This document shows positions 7,825-17,913 of a DNA stretch of 47,431 nucleotides, one piece after another. Position numbers and translations under genes: made by a program. Within the stretch, counting starts at the first letter, position 1. Each line of letters opens with the position of its first letter. Below the pieces are notes generated by a model. That model was not told where the DNA came from, made no database searches, and saw nothing but the letters and a program-made list of their open reading frames with translations. The stretch comes from Eubacteriales bacterium (GTDB taxonomy: Bacteria; Bacillota; Clostridia; Oscillospirales; CAG-272), in the NCBI GenBank assembly GCA_045533915.1, contig JAZSIP010000081.1, positions 1-47,431 of the forward strand, read 5' to 3'.

Positions 7825-9744
7825 ATGAGTGGATTTTTACCTATAAATAAAAAAGAAATGCAGGAACAAGGTTGGGACAGACCCGATTTCGTTTACGTAA
7901 CGGGAGACGCTTACGTCGATCACCCATCTTTTGGCGTGGCTATAATCTCGCGCGTACTTGAAGCGTCGGGATTTCGCGTTGCGATCCTCTCGCAACCCGA
8001 TTACAAAAGTGCCGAGGCTTTTCGTGAATTTGGAAAGCCGCGCCTTGCGTTTCTCGTTACGGCGGGCAATATAGACTCAATGGTTGCGCACTACACCGCC
8101 GCAAAGAAAAAGCGCACATACGATTATTACTCGGCTGGAGGAAAAGCCGGACTTCGCCCCGACCGCGCGACTATCGTATATTGCAATCGAATAAGAGAAG
8201 CTTACGGCGACGTTCCGATAATAATCGGCGGACTTGAAGCCTCCTTGCGCCGTTTTGCGCATTACGATTATTGGTCGGATTCTATCCGGCGCTCTATCCT
8301 CGTTGATTCTCGCGCCGATATACTCACCTACGGAATGGGCGAAAATATACTTTTGCGTATCGCCGCGCTTCTCGACAAGGGCGTTCCGATAAAAAAGATA
8401 CGTGACGTTCGCGGCTGTGTATATATGGCAAAGCCCGAAGAAAAGATACATTTCCCTGTTGCCGCCGAATTTGACTACAACGACTTAAAGACCGACAAAC
8501 GCAAATACGCCGAGGCTTTTGGTGTTCAGTATAAAAACCAAGATGCTATCAGCGGTAAAGCGATAGTAGAACATTATGACGGCAAGATACTTGTGCAAAA
8601 TCCTCCGATGCCGCCTCTTGAACGTGAAGAGCTTGACAGAGTTTACTCTCTTCCCTATATGCGTACCTACCACCCGTCGTATGAAAAAGACGGCGGTGTT
8701 CCCGCGATAGAAGAGGTCCGTTTCTCTATCACGCACAACCGCGGTTGCTTCGGCGCGTGTAACTTCTGCGCGCTTGCCTTTCATCAAGGACGTACTGTGC
8801 GCTCACGCAGTATTGAAAGCGTTATTATCGAATCAAAAAAGATCACCGAAATGCCCGACTTCAAGGGCTATATCCACGACGTTGGAGGTCCTACGGCGAA
8901 CTTCCGTTATCCCGCTTGTAAAAAACAGCTCAAAGACGGAGTATGTACGTCACGCAAATGTCTCGCTCCCACCCCTTGTAAAAATATTGAAGTCGACCAC
9001 AGCGAATACACCCAGCTCATAGAAGAAATAGAAAAGCTCCCACGAATAAAGAAGGTCTTTATCCGTTCGGGAATACGATTTGATTACCTTATGCTTGACA
9101 AAAACGACAGCTTTTTCAGAAAGCTTGTCCGCGACAACGTAAGCGGTCAGCTCAAGGTCGCGCCCGAGCACTGCTCGTCGGCAGTTCTTCGTTGTATGGG
9201 CAAGCCCGATTTCAACGTATATGAGGGATTCAGATCAAAATATTTCCGTCTTACAAAAGAGGCTGGAAAAGAACAATATCTCGTTCCCTATCTTATGTCG
9301 AGCCACCCCGGCTCTACCTTGAAAGATGCGCTTGAATTAGCTCTCTGCTTAAAGCGCGATCACTACGCTCCCGAGCAGGTACAGGACTACTATCCCACCC
9401 CCGGAACTGCGTCAACGGTAATGTTCTATACGGGAATAAACCCTCTTGATATGAAGCCCGTTTACGTTGCGACCGATTACCACGAAAAGCAATTACAACG
9501 CGCGCTTTTACAGTACAACCGTCCGCAAAATGCCCCGCTTGTGCGCGAAGCTCTCATAAAGCTTCACCGCGAGGATCTTATCGGATACGGCGAGGAATGT
9601 CTTGTAAGACCAGAGCGAAGCAACGAACGAAACGATAAGAAAAAACCAATAAAAAAATCGCCAAATTCAAAAAATCATACTAAACCAAAGCAAAACACAA
9701 AAGCTTACAAAAAGCCACAAACAACAAAACGCAAAAAGAAATAA
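7825..9744 (+). CDS. ygiQ: YgiQ/UPF0313 family radical SAM protein
   Basis: VTGDAYVDHPSFG, RGCFGACNFC, DVGGPTAN and GQLKVAPEH motifs, with a Lys-rich tail. Confidence 0.92.
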   Translation: MSGFLPINKKEMQEQGWDRPDFVYVTGDAYVDHPSFGVAIISRVLEASGFRVAILSQPDYKSAEAFREFGKPRLAFLVTAGNIDSMVAHYTAAKKKRTYDYYSAGGKAGLRPDRATIVYCNRIREAYGDVPIIIGGLEASLRRFAHYDYWSDSIRRSILVDSRADILTYGMGENILLRIAALLDKGVPIKKIRDVRGCVYMAKPEEKIHFPVAAEFDYNDLKTDKRKYAEAFGVQYKNQDAISGKAIVEHYDGKILVQNPPMPPLEREELDRVYSLPYMRTYHPSYEKDGGVPAIEEVRFSITHNRGCFGACNFCALAFHQGRTVRSRSIESVIIESKKITEMPDFKGYIHDVGGPTANFRYPACKKQLKDGVCTSRKCLAPTPCKNIEVDHSEYTQLIEEIEKLPRIKKVFIRSGIRFDYLMLDKNDSFFRKLVRDNVSGQLKVAPEHCSSAVLRCMGKPDFNVYEGFRSKYFRLTKEAGKEQYLVPYLMSSHPGSTLKDALELALCLKRDHYAPEQVQDYYPTPGTASTVMFYTGINPLDMKPVYVATDYHEKQLQRALLQYNRPQNAPLVREALIKLHREDLIGYGEECLVRPERSNERNDKKKPIKKSPNSKNHTKPKQNTKAYKKPQTTKRKKK

Positions 9745-9787
9745 AAAACGGTGTTGGATCAAACAAACGATCCAACACCGTTTTTTT
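9743..9787. terminator. bidirectional terminator between ygiQ and infB
   Basis: AAAAAAACGGTGTTGGATC-N8-GATCCAACACCGTTTTTTT. Confidence 0.85.
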
Positions 9788-9839
9788 AAAGTTTTTGAGG
9801 GGAGTTTTAGGGGAACTTTTTTCAAAAAGTTCCCCTAAA
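9788..9839 (+). repeat. REP-like palindromic element, copy 1
   Basis: TTTGAGGGGAGT-TTTAGGGGAACTTTT-ttca-AAAAGTTCCCCTAAA. A related copy lies on the minus strand at 41496-41550. Confidence 0.6.
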
Positions 9840-9846
9840 TGCGTAT

Positions 9847-12777
9847 TTATCTTTCGATCTCTTCCATTATATAAGCCTCAAGAACGTCGCCAATCTTGAT
9901 ATCGTTAAAGCGATCAAGACCGATACCGCATTCGTATCCAGTTGCGACTTCCTTAACGTCGTCCTTGAAACGACGGAGCGAGGATATCTTATCCTCGAAT
10001 ATTACGACGCCGTCACGGACTACGCGGATCATAGAAGCGCGGGTGACCTTACCGTCCTGAATATAAGAACCTGCGATAGTTCCAACGTTAGGAACGTGAA
10101 TGGTCTGACGAACCTCTGCGTGTCCGAGGAGATTCTCGCGGAATTTAGGCGCGAGCATACCCTTCATAGCGTCGGTTATCTCATTGATACAATCGTAAAT
10201 TACTCGGTAGGTACGGATCTCAACGTTCTGTCTCTCGGCACTGTCGATAGCCGCCTTATCGGGACGGACGTTAAATCCGACGATGATCGCATTCGAAGCC
10301 GCCGCAAGCATTACGTCGCCCTCGCGAATAGCTCCCGCCGCACCGTGAATAACGCGGACCTTGACCTCTTCATTGGATATCTTTTCAAGCGACTGCTTAA
10401 CCGCCTCAACAGATCCTCCAACGTCTGCCTTAACGATAATGTTAAGTTCCTTGACACCCTCGGATATCTGTGCGAACAGATCGTTAAGGTTTGCTCTTGC
10501 ATTCGCCTTGAATACCTCTTCCTTAGCCTTTTCACGACGCTGATCGGCAAGCGCTCTTGCCATTCTTTCGTCCTCAACGGCATTAAATTCGTCACCCGAA
10601 TTGGGAACTTCCGCAAGACCTATGATCTCAACGGGTACGGAAGGCTTTGCCTCCTTGACGTTTCTTCCCTTGTCGTCAGTCATAGCTCTTACACGTCCTA
10701 CCGCCGTTCCCGCTATAACGATATCTCCGTTATGAAGTGTACCGTTCTGAACGAGCACAGTCGCGACAGGTCCTCTACCCTTATCGAGCTTAGCCTCGAT
10801 AACGATACCCTTAGCTCGACGGTTGGGATTAGCCTTAAGCTCCTTGACCTCCGCTACGAGCAATACGTTTTCAAGCAGATCTTCTATACCGAATCCTGTC
10901 AGAGCCGATACGGGAACACAGATAACATCACCGCCCCATTCCTCAGGAACGAGGTCGTACTTGGTAAGCTCCTGCTTGATAGCATCGGGGTTTGCCGTGG
11001 GCTTATCCATCTTATTTATAGCAACGACTATATCGATTCCAGCCGCCTTTGCGTGGTTTATAGCCTCGACGGTCTGAGGCATGATTCCGTCATCAGCCGC
11101 GACGACGAGTATCGCAATATCGGTAGCCTGCGCACCTCTTGCTCTCATTGCGGTAAACGCTTCGTGTCCGGGGGTATCGAGGAAGGTAATGTCATGTCCT
11201 TGAACCTTTACTCTGTACGCACCGATGTGCTGAGTAATACCACCCGCCTCTCCGCGTGTTACGTGAGTATTACGGATAGCATCGAGAATAGAGGTCTTAC
11301 CGTGGTCAACGTGTCCCATTACACATACGACAGGTGCTCTTTCAACGAGAGTATCCTCGTTATCCTCAACCTCGTCAAACAAACGCTCCTCGATAGTTAC
11401 AACTACCTCTTGAGTTGCCGAAATACCCATTTCCTCGGCAACGATAGCCGCGGTATCGTAATCGACAGTCTGGTTTACGGTAACCATCATTCCGAGCATC
11501 ATAAGTCTCTTTACGACCTCGCCCGAGGTTACCTTCAAGCGAGATGCGAGATCGCTTACAACGATCTCCGCAGGAAGAGTTACGCTCGTAGGCGCTTTGG
11601 TAACAGGCTGTGTGCTCTTCTTATTGCCCTTGTTGAATTTATTGTTCTTGCCACCCTGCTGCATATTCTTATTCTGAACAGGCTGCTTTTTGACCTTTTG
11701 GCTGCCGCCGCGGATATCACCGATAGAATCGGGAACGAAATTGTCAAGTCTTTCGTCATACTTTGAAAGGTCAACGCTTCCCGCTCTCATATCTACAACA
11801 CGGGTAGCTCCCTTTTGCTTGGAAGCGACCTCGCCCTTTTCAGTCTGACCGCGAACGATAAGCTGAGGCTTGAATCTTTCTCTGGGTGCGTTCTGCGAAC
11901 GCTCATCCTTATCCTTGAACTGTCCGCCTCCAAAGCGATCATTATTTCCACCCTGACGGAATCCGCCCTGATTCTGACCCTGAGGTCTCTGTCCGCCTTG
12001 CTGTCTTTGTCCTGCGCCAAAGGGATTTTGGAAACGGTCTCCCTTATTCTGTCCTTGCGGCTGCTGTCCCTGAGGTCTTTGACCGTACTGATTCTGACCC
12101 TGAGGTCTTTGACCGTACTGTCCCTGTGGCTTCTGACCGTACTGACCTTGTGTCTGCGGCTTCTGCGCACCATCGGAATAATTGCCCTGACGTGCCGCAC
12201 CTTGAGGCATTTGAGACTTTTGTGCAGGTCTTTCGGTATTATCCGCCTTACGTTCCTGCTGTTTTACAGGTTCTGCCTTTACAGAGGGCATTTCAGCCTT
12301 TTTCTCTTTTTCGGCTTTAGCGGGGCTTTGAGCCTTTACTTCTTTTTCTTTCTTTTCTGTTTTTTCGGTCGAGCTGACACTCTCAACCTTAGCCTGAGCC
12401 TTTTCGGGCTCTTTTGTTGCTTTGCTTTCTTGAACGGCAGGCTTCTCTTCTGCTTTTGCAGATACCTTTGCGGGTTCTTGTGCCAAAGGCTCCTCCTTCG
12501 GCTTTGCTTCGGCAGCCTTTTTCTTGGACGGAATATAGGTTATGCCGTCAAGATAATCCTCGATATTTTCGATCTGATGTCCCATTGTGATCGTTTCAAA
12601 TATAAGATTAAATTCTTCGGGCTTTAACGTCTGTTGCGTTTTCAGAGTTATACCCTTTCCCGCAAGAAGCTCATTGAGATCCTTGCTTTTCATATTCAGA
12701 TCTTTAGAAAGCTGATTTACCTTTAACAATGAAGTATTTTGATTTGCTGCCATACTTACGTACCGTTGTCTTTGCAA
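9847..12777 (-). CDS. infB: translation initiation factor IF-2 (start uncertain: TTG 12777 or ATG 12753)
   Basis: [25 protein letters not shown] and NKMD motifs, located after nusA-ylxR-L7Ae. Confidence 0.97.
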   Translation of the reverse strand: MQRQRYVSMAANQNTSLLKVNQLSKDLNMKSKDLNELLAGKGITLKTQQTLKPEEFNLIFETITMGHQIENIEDYLDGITYIPSKKKAAEAKPKEEPLAQEPAKVSAKAEEKPAVQESKATKEPEKAQAKVESVSSTEKTEKKEKEVKAQSPAKAEKEKKAEMPSVKAEPVKQQERKADNTERPAQKSQMPQGAARQGNYSDGAQKPQTQGQYGQKPQGQYGQRPQGQNQYGQRPQGQQPQGQNKGDRFQNPFGAGQRQQGGQRPQGQNQGGFRQGGNNDRFGGGQFKDKDERSQNAPRERFKPQLIVRGQTEKGEVASKQKGATRVVDMRAGSVDLSKYDERLDNFVPDSIGDIRGGSQKVKKQPVQNKNMQQGGKNNKFNKGNKKSTQPVTKAPTSVTLPAEIVVSDLASRLKVTSGEVVKRLMMLGMMVTVNQTVDYDTAAIVAEEMGISATQEVVVTIEERLFDEVEDNEDTLVERAPVVCVMGHVDHGKTSILDAIRNTHVTRGEAGGITQHIGAYRVKVQGHDITFLDTPGHEAFTAMRARGAQATDIAILVVAADDGIMPQTVEAINHAKAAGIDIVVAINKMDKPTANPDAIKQELTKYDLVPEEWGGDVICVPVSALTGFGIEDLLENVLLVAEVKELKANPNRRAKGIVIEAKLDKGRGPVATVLVQNGTLHNGDIVIAGTAVGRVRAMTDDKGRNVKEAKPSVPVEIIGLAEVPNSGDEFNAVEDERMARALADQRREKAKEEVFKANARANLNDLFAQISEGVKELNIIVKADVGGSVEAVKQSLEKISNEEVKVRVIHGAAGAIREGDVMLAAASNAIIVGFNVRPDKAAIDSAERQNVEIRTYRVIYDCINEITDAMKGMLAPKFRENLLGHAEVRQTIHVPNVGTIAGSYIQDGKVTRASMIRVVRDGVVIFEDKISSLRRFKDDVKEVATGYECGIGLDRFNDIKIGDVLEAYIMEEIER
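11966..12165 (-). repeat. coding tandem repeats (GQ/RPQ/YGQ) in the IF-2 N-terminal linker
   Basis: Exact 23-nt repeat CCCTGAGGTCTTTGACCGTACTG at 12068-12090 and 12098-12120, plus degenerate copies. Confidence 0.8.
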
Positions 12778-12849
12778 AAGCTAAAGACATCCTTTCCTCT
12801 CCTCTGGATTTGTTGCCGTTTGTGTCAGAACGTATCAACGTGATAAAAC

Positions 12850-13191
12850 TTATTTGTTGGTTATATGTTTTTCTACCATAGCGCACATTTTTTCATCGGT
12901 CACCGCGACCGCCGCAAGCGACGCGCTTTTGCCAAGCGCTCTTGCAAGTGTTACGCCATCAACTGAAAGTCTGTAAAGACGAATGTTGTAAAATTTACAT
13001 TTATCGGCTATCCGCTTATGCGTGTTTTCAGATGTATCATTCGCCTCAAACACCGCGCGCGGTCTTGATGCTCCGCCCTTTCTCATGGCTTCGCATATCA
13101 TAGGCACTCCGAAAATTATCTTTCGCGCTCTGGCGCAAAGTCCAAGCGATAAAAGTATCTTTTCGAAATTGTTTTCCAAAAGATCACTCAT
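12850..13191 (-). CDS. L7Ae/L30e family RNA-binding protein (YlxQ-like)
   Basis: LSLGLCARARK and LARALGK..AAVAVTD patterns. Likely ATG at 13191 with an AAGGAG RBS, between ylxR and infB. Confidence 0.85.
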   Translation of the reverse strand: MSDLLENNFEKILLSLGLCARARKIIFGVPMICEAMRKGGASRPRAVFEANDTSENTHKRIADKCKFYNIRLYRLSVDGVTLARALGKSASLAAVAVTDEKMCAMVEKHITNK

Positions 13192-13465
13192 TTTCGGAAA
13201 GCTCCTTTTCCATTCGGTCGTATACGGCTTCGGGTATCTCACAATTAAGGCTTCTGCCGATACGTCCCGACTTTCTCGCTTTTTTCAAGCAAGAAACACT
13301 TTTACATATATACGCTCCGCGCCCAGATCTTTTTCCCGTAAAATCAAGAACTATCTCACCCTCGGGAGTACGAACGACACGAAGAAGCTCGTTCTTCGCT
13401 TTATGCTCGTTACAACCAAGACACTGGCGCAAAGGTATCTTTTTTTGCTTTATTTTCTGTTCCAT
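13184..13465 (-). CDS. ylxR: YlxR (RnpM/DUF448) family protein
   Basis: PLRQCLGC, ELLRVVR and GRGAYIC motifs. Confidence 0.93.
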   Translation of the reverse strand: MEQKIKQKKIPLRQCLGCNEHKAKNELLRVVRTPEGEIVLDFTGKRSGRGAYICKSVSCLKKARKSGRIGRSLNCEIPEAVYDRMEKELSENE

Positions 13466-13474
13466 GATTAGATA

Positions 13475-14500
13475 TTATTCGGATTTTATATCGATCTTCA
13501 TACCCGTAAGTCTTGCTGCGAGACGAGCATTCTGTCCTTCCTTACCGATAGCAAGTGAAAGCTGATCGGCATCAACAACGACCTTGCACGAACGGTCGCC
13601 CGTAAGTGTTACGGAGCGCACCTCTGCGGGAGCAAGAGCAGATGCTACGTACTCCTCAAGGTTCTCACTGAATCTTACGATATCTATCTTTTCTCCGCGA
13701 AGCTCATCAACGATACCGCCAATTCTCATACCGTGGTTACCGATACAAGCACCGACTGCGTCAACGTCCTCATCACGAGACCAAACGGATATCTTTGTTC
13801 TCGAGCCCGCTTCTCTTGCAACACCCTTTATCATAACGATACCGTCCTGAATCTCGGGAACTTCAAGCTCGAACATTCTGCGCACGAGTCCGCCGTGTAT
13901 TCTCGAAAGAGTTACAAGAGGTCCGCGAGACTCCTTGTTTACTTCCATAACGAAAACTTTTATCTTATCACCTACGAAGAAGGTCTCACCGGGGATCTGC
14001 TCGCTCTTAAGAAGAACCGCGTGGCTCGTACCCGTTTCAAGAACTACGTTGCCGTTCGTAGCGTCAACCTTGCTAACCGTAGCGGTAATGATCTCCTCGC
14101 GCTTGCTCTCGTATGCGTCCTGCATAACCTTTCTCTCGCCCTCGCGAATACCCTGAATGATGACCGATTTAGCAGCAGCAGCGCTGAGTCTGCGGAAATT
14201 CTTGGTCTTGACCTCGGTCTCAACTATTTTTCCGATATCGTATCTTCTGCTTATAGCCTTCGCTTCCTCAAGAGATATCTGGCACTGCGGATTTGTTACC
14301 TCCTCAACTACCTCTTTCTGAAGATATACCTTAACGTCTTCCTTTACGGGATCGATGTTTACGCGCATCATAGTGCTGTTTCCGAATTCCTTTTTGAATG
14401 CGGAAAGGAGGGCAGCTTCTATCTTTTCAAGCATATACTCCTTCGGTATTCCCTTTTCTTTTTCAAGAAGATCAAGAGCAACAAAAAATTCCTTGTTCAT
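13475..14500 (-). CDS. nusA: transcription termination/antitermination factor NusA
   Basis: AREAGSRTK, VGACIG and SLAIGKEGQNARLAARLTG motifs. Confidence 0.97.
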   Translation of the reverse strand: MNKEFFVALDLLEKEKGIPKEYMLEKIEAALLSAFKKEFGNSTMMRVNIDPVKEDVKVYLQKEVVEEVTNPQCQISLEEAKAISRRYDIGKIVETEVKTKNFRRLSAAAAKSVIIQGIREGERKVMQDAYESKREEIITATVSKVDATNGNVVLETGTSHAVLLKSEQIPGETFFVGDKIKVFVMEVNKESRGPLVTLSRIHGGLVRRMFELEVPEIQDGIVMIKGVAREAGSRTKISVWSRDEDVDAVGACIGNHGMRIGGIVDELRGEKIDIVRFSENLEEYVASALAPAEVRSVTLTGDRSCKVVVDADQLSLAIGKEGQNARLAARLTGMKIDIKSE

Positions 14501-14550
14501 TTTTAATTTCCATCCTTTTTCAGTTAAGCTTTTATAAAAGCCGATTATAT

Positions 14551-15033
14551 TCAGAATTCAAAATAGGTGTTGATCTTAGCAACCGTATCGAGTGCAAATG
14601 TCATAACGTTCTTGTTTTCGCCGTCTTTTGTCTCAATGCGTATATCGCCGTTCTCTGCGCATTCAAGCAGTACTCCGCGATAAAGCTTTGATCCGTTAAG
14701 GGGCGCGTACAGCTTTACCTCTACGTTCCAACCCTCGCAAGCGTAAAGATGCTCCGCGGTGCGAAGCTCTCGCTCTACTCCGGGTGAGGATACCTCAAGG
14801 TAATACGCCTCTTCAATGGGGTCTGCCTCATCAAGCACAGGATCTATCGCGCGGTGCATCTTCTCGCAGTCGTCGATAGTAATACCCTCCTCGGAATCTA
14901 TCGTGATGCGCAAAACACGTCTTGCGCCCTCCTTGACGTATTCAACGTCCCAGATCCAACAGCCTATCTCCTCCGCTATCGGTTCTGCAAGCTCTCTTAC
15001 CGTCTCGGCAACGCTTTTTGTGTTCTTCGCCAT
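14551..15033 (-). CDS. rimP: ribosome maturation factor RimP
   Basis: GITIDDC and YYLEVSSPGVER motifs. GGAGG RBS. Confidence 0.96.
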   Translation of the reverse strand: MAKNTKSVAETVRELAEPIAEEIGCWIWDVEYVKEGARRVLRITIDSEEGITIDDCEKMHRAIDPVLDEADPIEEAYYLEVSSPGVERELRTAEHLYACEGWNVEVKLYAPLNGSKLYRGVLLECAENGDIRIETKDGENKNVMTFALDTVAKINTYFEF

Positions 15034-15087
15034 CAGAATACCTCCGTTTTATTACTTGATGTGTTTTTGGAAAGTGCCAAAATTAAC

Positions 15088-15120
15088 AATTAAGAGTGGG
15101 TCCTTTCAAACCCACTCTCA
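15088..15120 (-). promoter_or_regulatory. rimP-leader hairpin
   Basis: Minus strand AGAGTGGGT-N8-ACCCACTCT in the rimP 5' UTR, the GAGUGGG...CCCACUC stem typical of Firmicutes rimP leaders. Confidence 0.7.
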
Positions 15121-15132
15121 TCGTTCCGTATT

Positions 15133-15161
15133 ATTATATCACAAAACATTCACAATTGCAA
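15133..15161 (-). promoter_or_regulatory. sigmaA promoter of the rimP-nusA-infB operon
   Basis: TTGCAA-N17-TATAAT with TGn extended -10. Confidence 0.75.
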
Positions 15162-15216
15162 TAGCTTTTTCAAAATTTTATCAAAATATTATTTAATTAA
15201 TTTTTTAATTTATCTG

Positions 15217-15245
15217 TTTACAAAGTGCGCACTTTATGTTATAAT
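15217..15245 (+). promoter_or_regulatory. sigmaA promoter of the gdpP-rplI-dnaB operon
   Basis: TTTACA-N17-TATAAT with TGn extended -10. Confidence 0.7.
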
Positions 15246-15310
15246 AATATAATAGGGTAGTTATTGACTGTTGTCAATACTTTCCAAAACATGAAAGGAA
15301 CGGAAAATAA

Positions 15311-17407
15311 ATGCAGAACAAAAAATTTGATTTATTCAGCCGTCTCGAAGAGCTTCCGTCTCGTTTATACGTTATCCTTGCTATATTTATGTTGGTGCTT
15401 CACACCGTACTTTGCACGTACACCGATATAAGACCCGTTATCAGCGGATTTATAGTTGTTTTACTATATCTTGCGATCTCTTTGTGCATATATTTCGTCG
15501 TTCGCCGACGTATGAATCTTTATCGGATAGAATCAGATGCAAGTGAGGCTCAAAACAGCGGTGTTATTCATACCTTCAGAACCCGTCTCTCTATTCCCTA
15601 CGCAGTTATTGATACAAAGGGACAGATAGTTACTCTGAACCTTGCTATGAGAAAAGCAGTAGGATTCAAGGGTTCTGCCTTCCAATCCAATATTACGGAC
15701 ATCTGCGGTCTTGCTATCGAAGATATTGAATTGATCGAAAAGGCAAAGGATACAGAAGCTGTCGAATCCACAGCCGAAGCTCCTGCTGTATCCCGTATAG
15801 ACAAAAAAGACCCTGAAAAGATATTCGCGTTTATCGGAGACAGAAAATACCGTCCCGAGTGCCATATGATACAGTCAAAAGGTAAGGTATACCATATGGT
15901 GATATTTAACGATATCACCGAGCTTGATGCCATTACCACTTTACACCACGATGAGCAATCGGTCGTTGGATATATCGTGCTCGACAATCTTGAAGAGATA
16001 GCTCAGTACGTAAAGGTCAGCTATCAATCCGAGGCTATCCGCGTTGGAAACATTTTAAAGGATTGGGCGTCCTCGGTCGGAGCAATAATAAGAGAATATG
16101 ACAGAAACAAATACGTTCTCGTTATGTCAAGAAAGGTTCTTGGCACTTGTATAAAAAATAAATTTGAAATACTTGACACCGTCCGCGAGGTCCATATCGG
16201 CGATGACAATATGCCCGTAACCGTTTCTATGGGTATCGCTACCACGGGAGAAAATCTCGCTCAAAGAGAAAGAGACGCTCTCGTTTGTCTTGACACAGCG
16301 CTTCAGCGCGGTGGTGACCAAGTCGTCTTGAAGCTCGACACAGGCATACATTATTTCGGCGGACGCACAAAAACTCAGCAAAAGCGTACTCGCGGACACT
16401 CTCGTATAATAGCTACAAAGCTTTGCTCGATGATATCAAGCGCATCTAACGTCATCGTGATGGGACACGCTAACCCTGATTTCGACTCGATAGGAGCTTG
16501 TGTAGGTGTCGCTTCCCTTGCGCTTCATCTCGGAGTAGACGTTAAGATCGTCGCGGACACCGAATCCGAAAACTTCAAGGCTTGCACACACAGACTTTGT
16601 GAGCTTGCCGATTATAAAAACATTTTCGTTGACGGGGTGGTTGGTCTTGGTGAGAGCTCATTCGGAACTTTATTGATAATCGTTGACGCAAACAATTTCA
16701 AAATACTTGAAGCTCCCGAGATCGCTACAAACTCCTTCAAAACGGTCGTCATAGACCACCATATCAAAAAGAGCGAATTCGAGCAAGAGCCAAATCTTGT
16801 ATATATAGACCCATCTGCTTCCTCCGCTTGCGAGCAGATAGCAGAGATACTCGAGCAAAGCTTGCCTGCGGGCGTACTTCGCACTGAAGAAGCGAACGTA
16901 ATGATGGCGGGTATAATGGTCGACACAAATAACTTTACAAGAAGCGTTGGAACTCGTACCTTTGCGGCGGCGCTCTTCCTGCGTGACGCGGGTGCAAGTC
17001 CCGAATATGCGCGTACCTTCTTTGAAGAAGCGTTTGAGGATTACACCTCCGAAGCGCGTTTTGGAACGGAAGCACATATATATCGCGAGCAGATAGCGAT
17101 AACTTCGACCGAAAGCAACGGCTCGGCAAACTCTCGAGTCGCGGCGGCAAAGACAGCAGATAAGCTTTTAACGGTAAGAAACGTAAACGCGGCGTTTGCG
17201 CTGATACTCATAGGCGATACGGTCCACGTTTCCGCACGTTCAAACGGAACTATAAACGTTCAGCTTATTCTTGAAAAAATAGGCGGAGGCGGTCACTTTG
17301 ACGTTGCGGGTGCGGCTATCAAAGAAAGCACTCTTGAGATAGCAGAGGATATGCTTAAAAAAGCTATCGACGAATATTTTGAGGATATCTCAAAAGCTAA
17401 AAACTAA
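15311..17407 (+). CDS. gdpP: c-di-AMP phosphodiesterase GdpP (two TM, PAS-like, degenerate GGDEF, DHH/DHHA1)
   Basis: RGGDQ, GHANPDFD, VIDHH and GGGGH motifs, upstream of rplI. Confidence 0.93.
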   Translation: MQNKKFDLFSRLEELPSRLYVILAIFMLVLHTVLCTYTDIRPVISGFIVVLLYLAISLCIYFVVRRRMNLYRIESDASEAQNSGVIHTFRTRLSIPYAVIDTKGQIVTLNLAMRKAVGFKGSAFQSNITDICGLAIEDIELIEKAKDTEAVESTAEAPAVSRIDKKDPEKIFAFIGDRKYRPECHMIQSKGKVYHMVIFNDITELDAITTLHHDEQSVVGYIVLDNLEEIAQYVKVSYQSEAIRVGNILKDWASSVGAIIREYDRNKYVLVMSRKVLGTCIKNKFEILDTVREVHIGDDNMPVTVSMGIATTGENLAQRERDALVCLDTALQRGGDQVVLKLDTGIHYFGGRTKTQQKRTRGHSRIIATKLCSMISSASNVIVMGHANPDFDSIGACVGVASLALHLGVDVKIVADTESENFKACTHRLCELADYKNIFVDGVVGLGESSFGTLLIIVDANNFKILEAPEIATNSFKTVVIDHHIKKSEFEQEPNLVYIDPSASSACEQIAEILEQSLPAGVLRTEEANVMMAGIMVDTNNFTRSVGTRTFAAALFLRDAGASPEYARTFFEEAFEDYTSEARFGTEAHIYREQIAITSTESNGSANSRVAAAKTADKLLTVRNVNAAFALILIGDTVHVSARSNGTINVQLILEKIGGGGHFDVAGAAIKESTLEIAEDMLKKAIDEYFEDISKAKN

Positions 17408-17434
17408 AAGCATAAACCACGGAGGTATAAGAAT

Positions 17435-17887
17435 ATGAAAGTCATTTTAACTGCTGACGTAAAAGGTCAGGGCAAAAAAGATCAGGTAGTTGACGTATCC
17501 GACGGTTACGCAAGAAACTTCTTGTTCCCCAAGAAGCTTGCTGTCCCCGCCGATGCAAAGGCACTTAACGAAGCTAAAAACAAAGAAGCTTCCAAACAAT
17601 ATAAGGTAGAAGTAGAAAAGCAAAATGCGACAGAGATCGCAAAAAAGCTTGAATCCATAAAGCTGACCTTCGTTTACGCGGCAGGCCCGGATAAGCGTCT
17701 TTACGGTTCTGTGACCGCAAAGGATATTTCAGACGCGCTCAAAAAAGATCATAACATCGACATCGATAAGCGCAAGATCTCTCTGCCCGTACCGATAAAA
17801 TCCTTCGGTACTTTCCGCGCAGACGCAAAGCTTTACACGGGAATAGACGGAAAAATATCTATTGAGGTAGTAGGTAAGGACGCCTGA
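17435..17887 (+). CDS. rplI: 50S ribosomal protein L9
   Basis: [24 protein letters not shown] and LYGSVT motifs. Confidence 0.98.
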   Translation: MKVILTADVKGQGKKDQVVDVSDGYARNFLFPKKLAVPADAKALNEAKNKEASKQYKVEVEKQNATEIAKKLESIKLTFVYAAGPDKRLYGSVTAKDISDALKKDHNIDIDKRKISLPVPIKSFGTFRADAKLYTGIDGKISIEVVGKDA

Positions 17888-17913
17888 AAAATTTTAATTC
17901 AAGGACGTAGATC

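Noticed and set aside
10096-11766. 556-aa plus-strand ORF (and the 270-aa ORF at 11815-12627) antisense to infB
   Set aside because: Shadow frames of a codon-biased gene, with no RBS or recognisable motifs.
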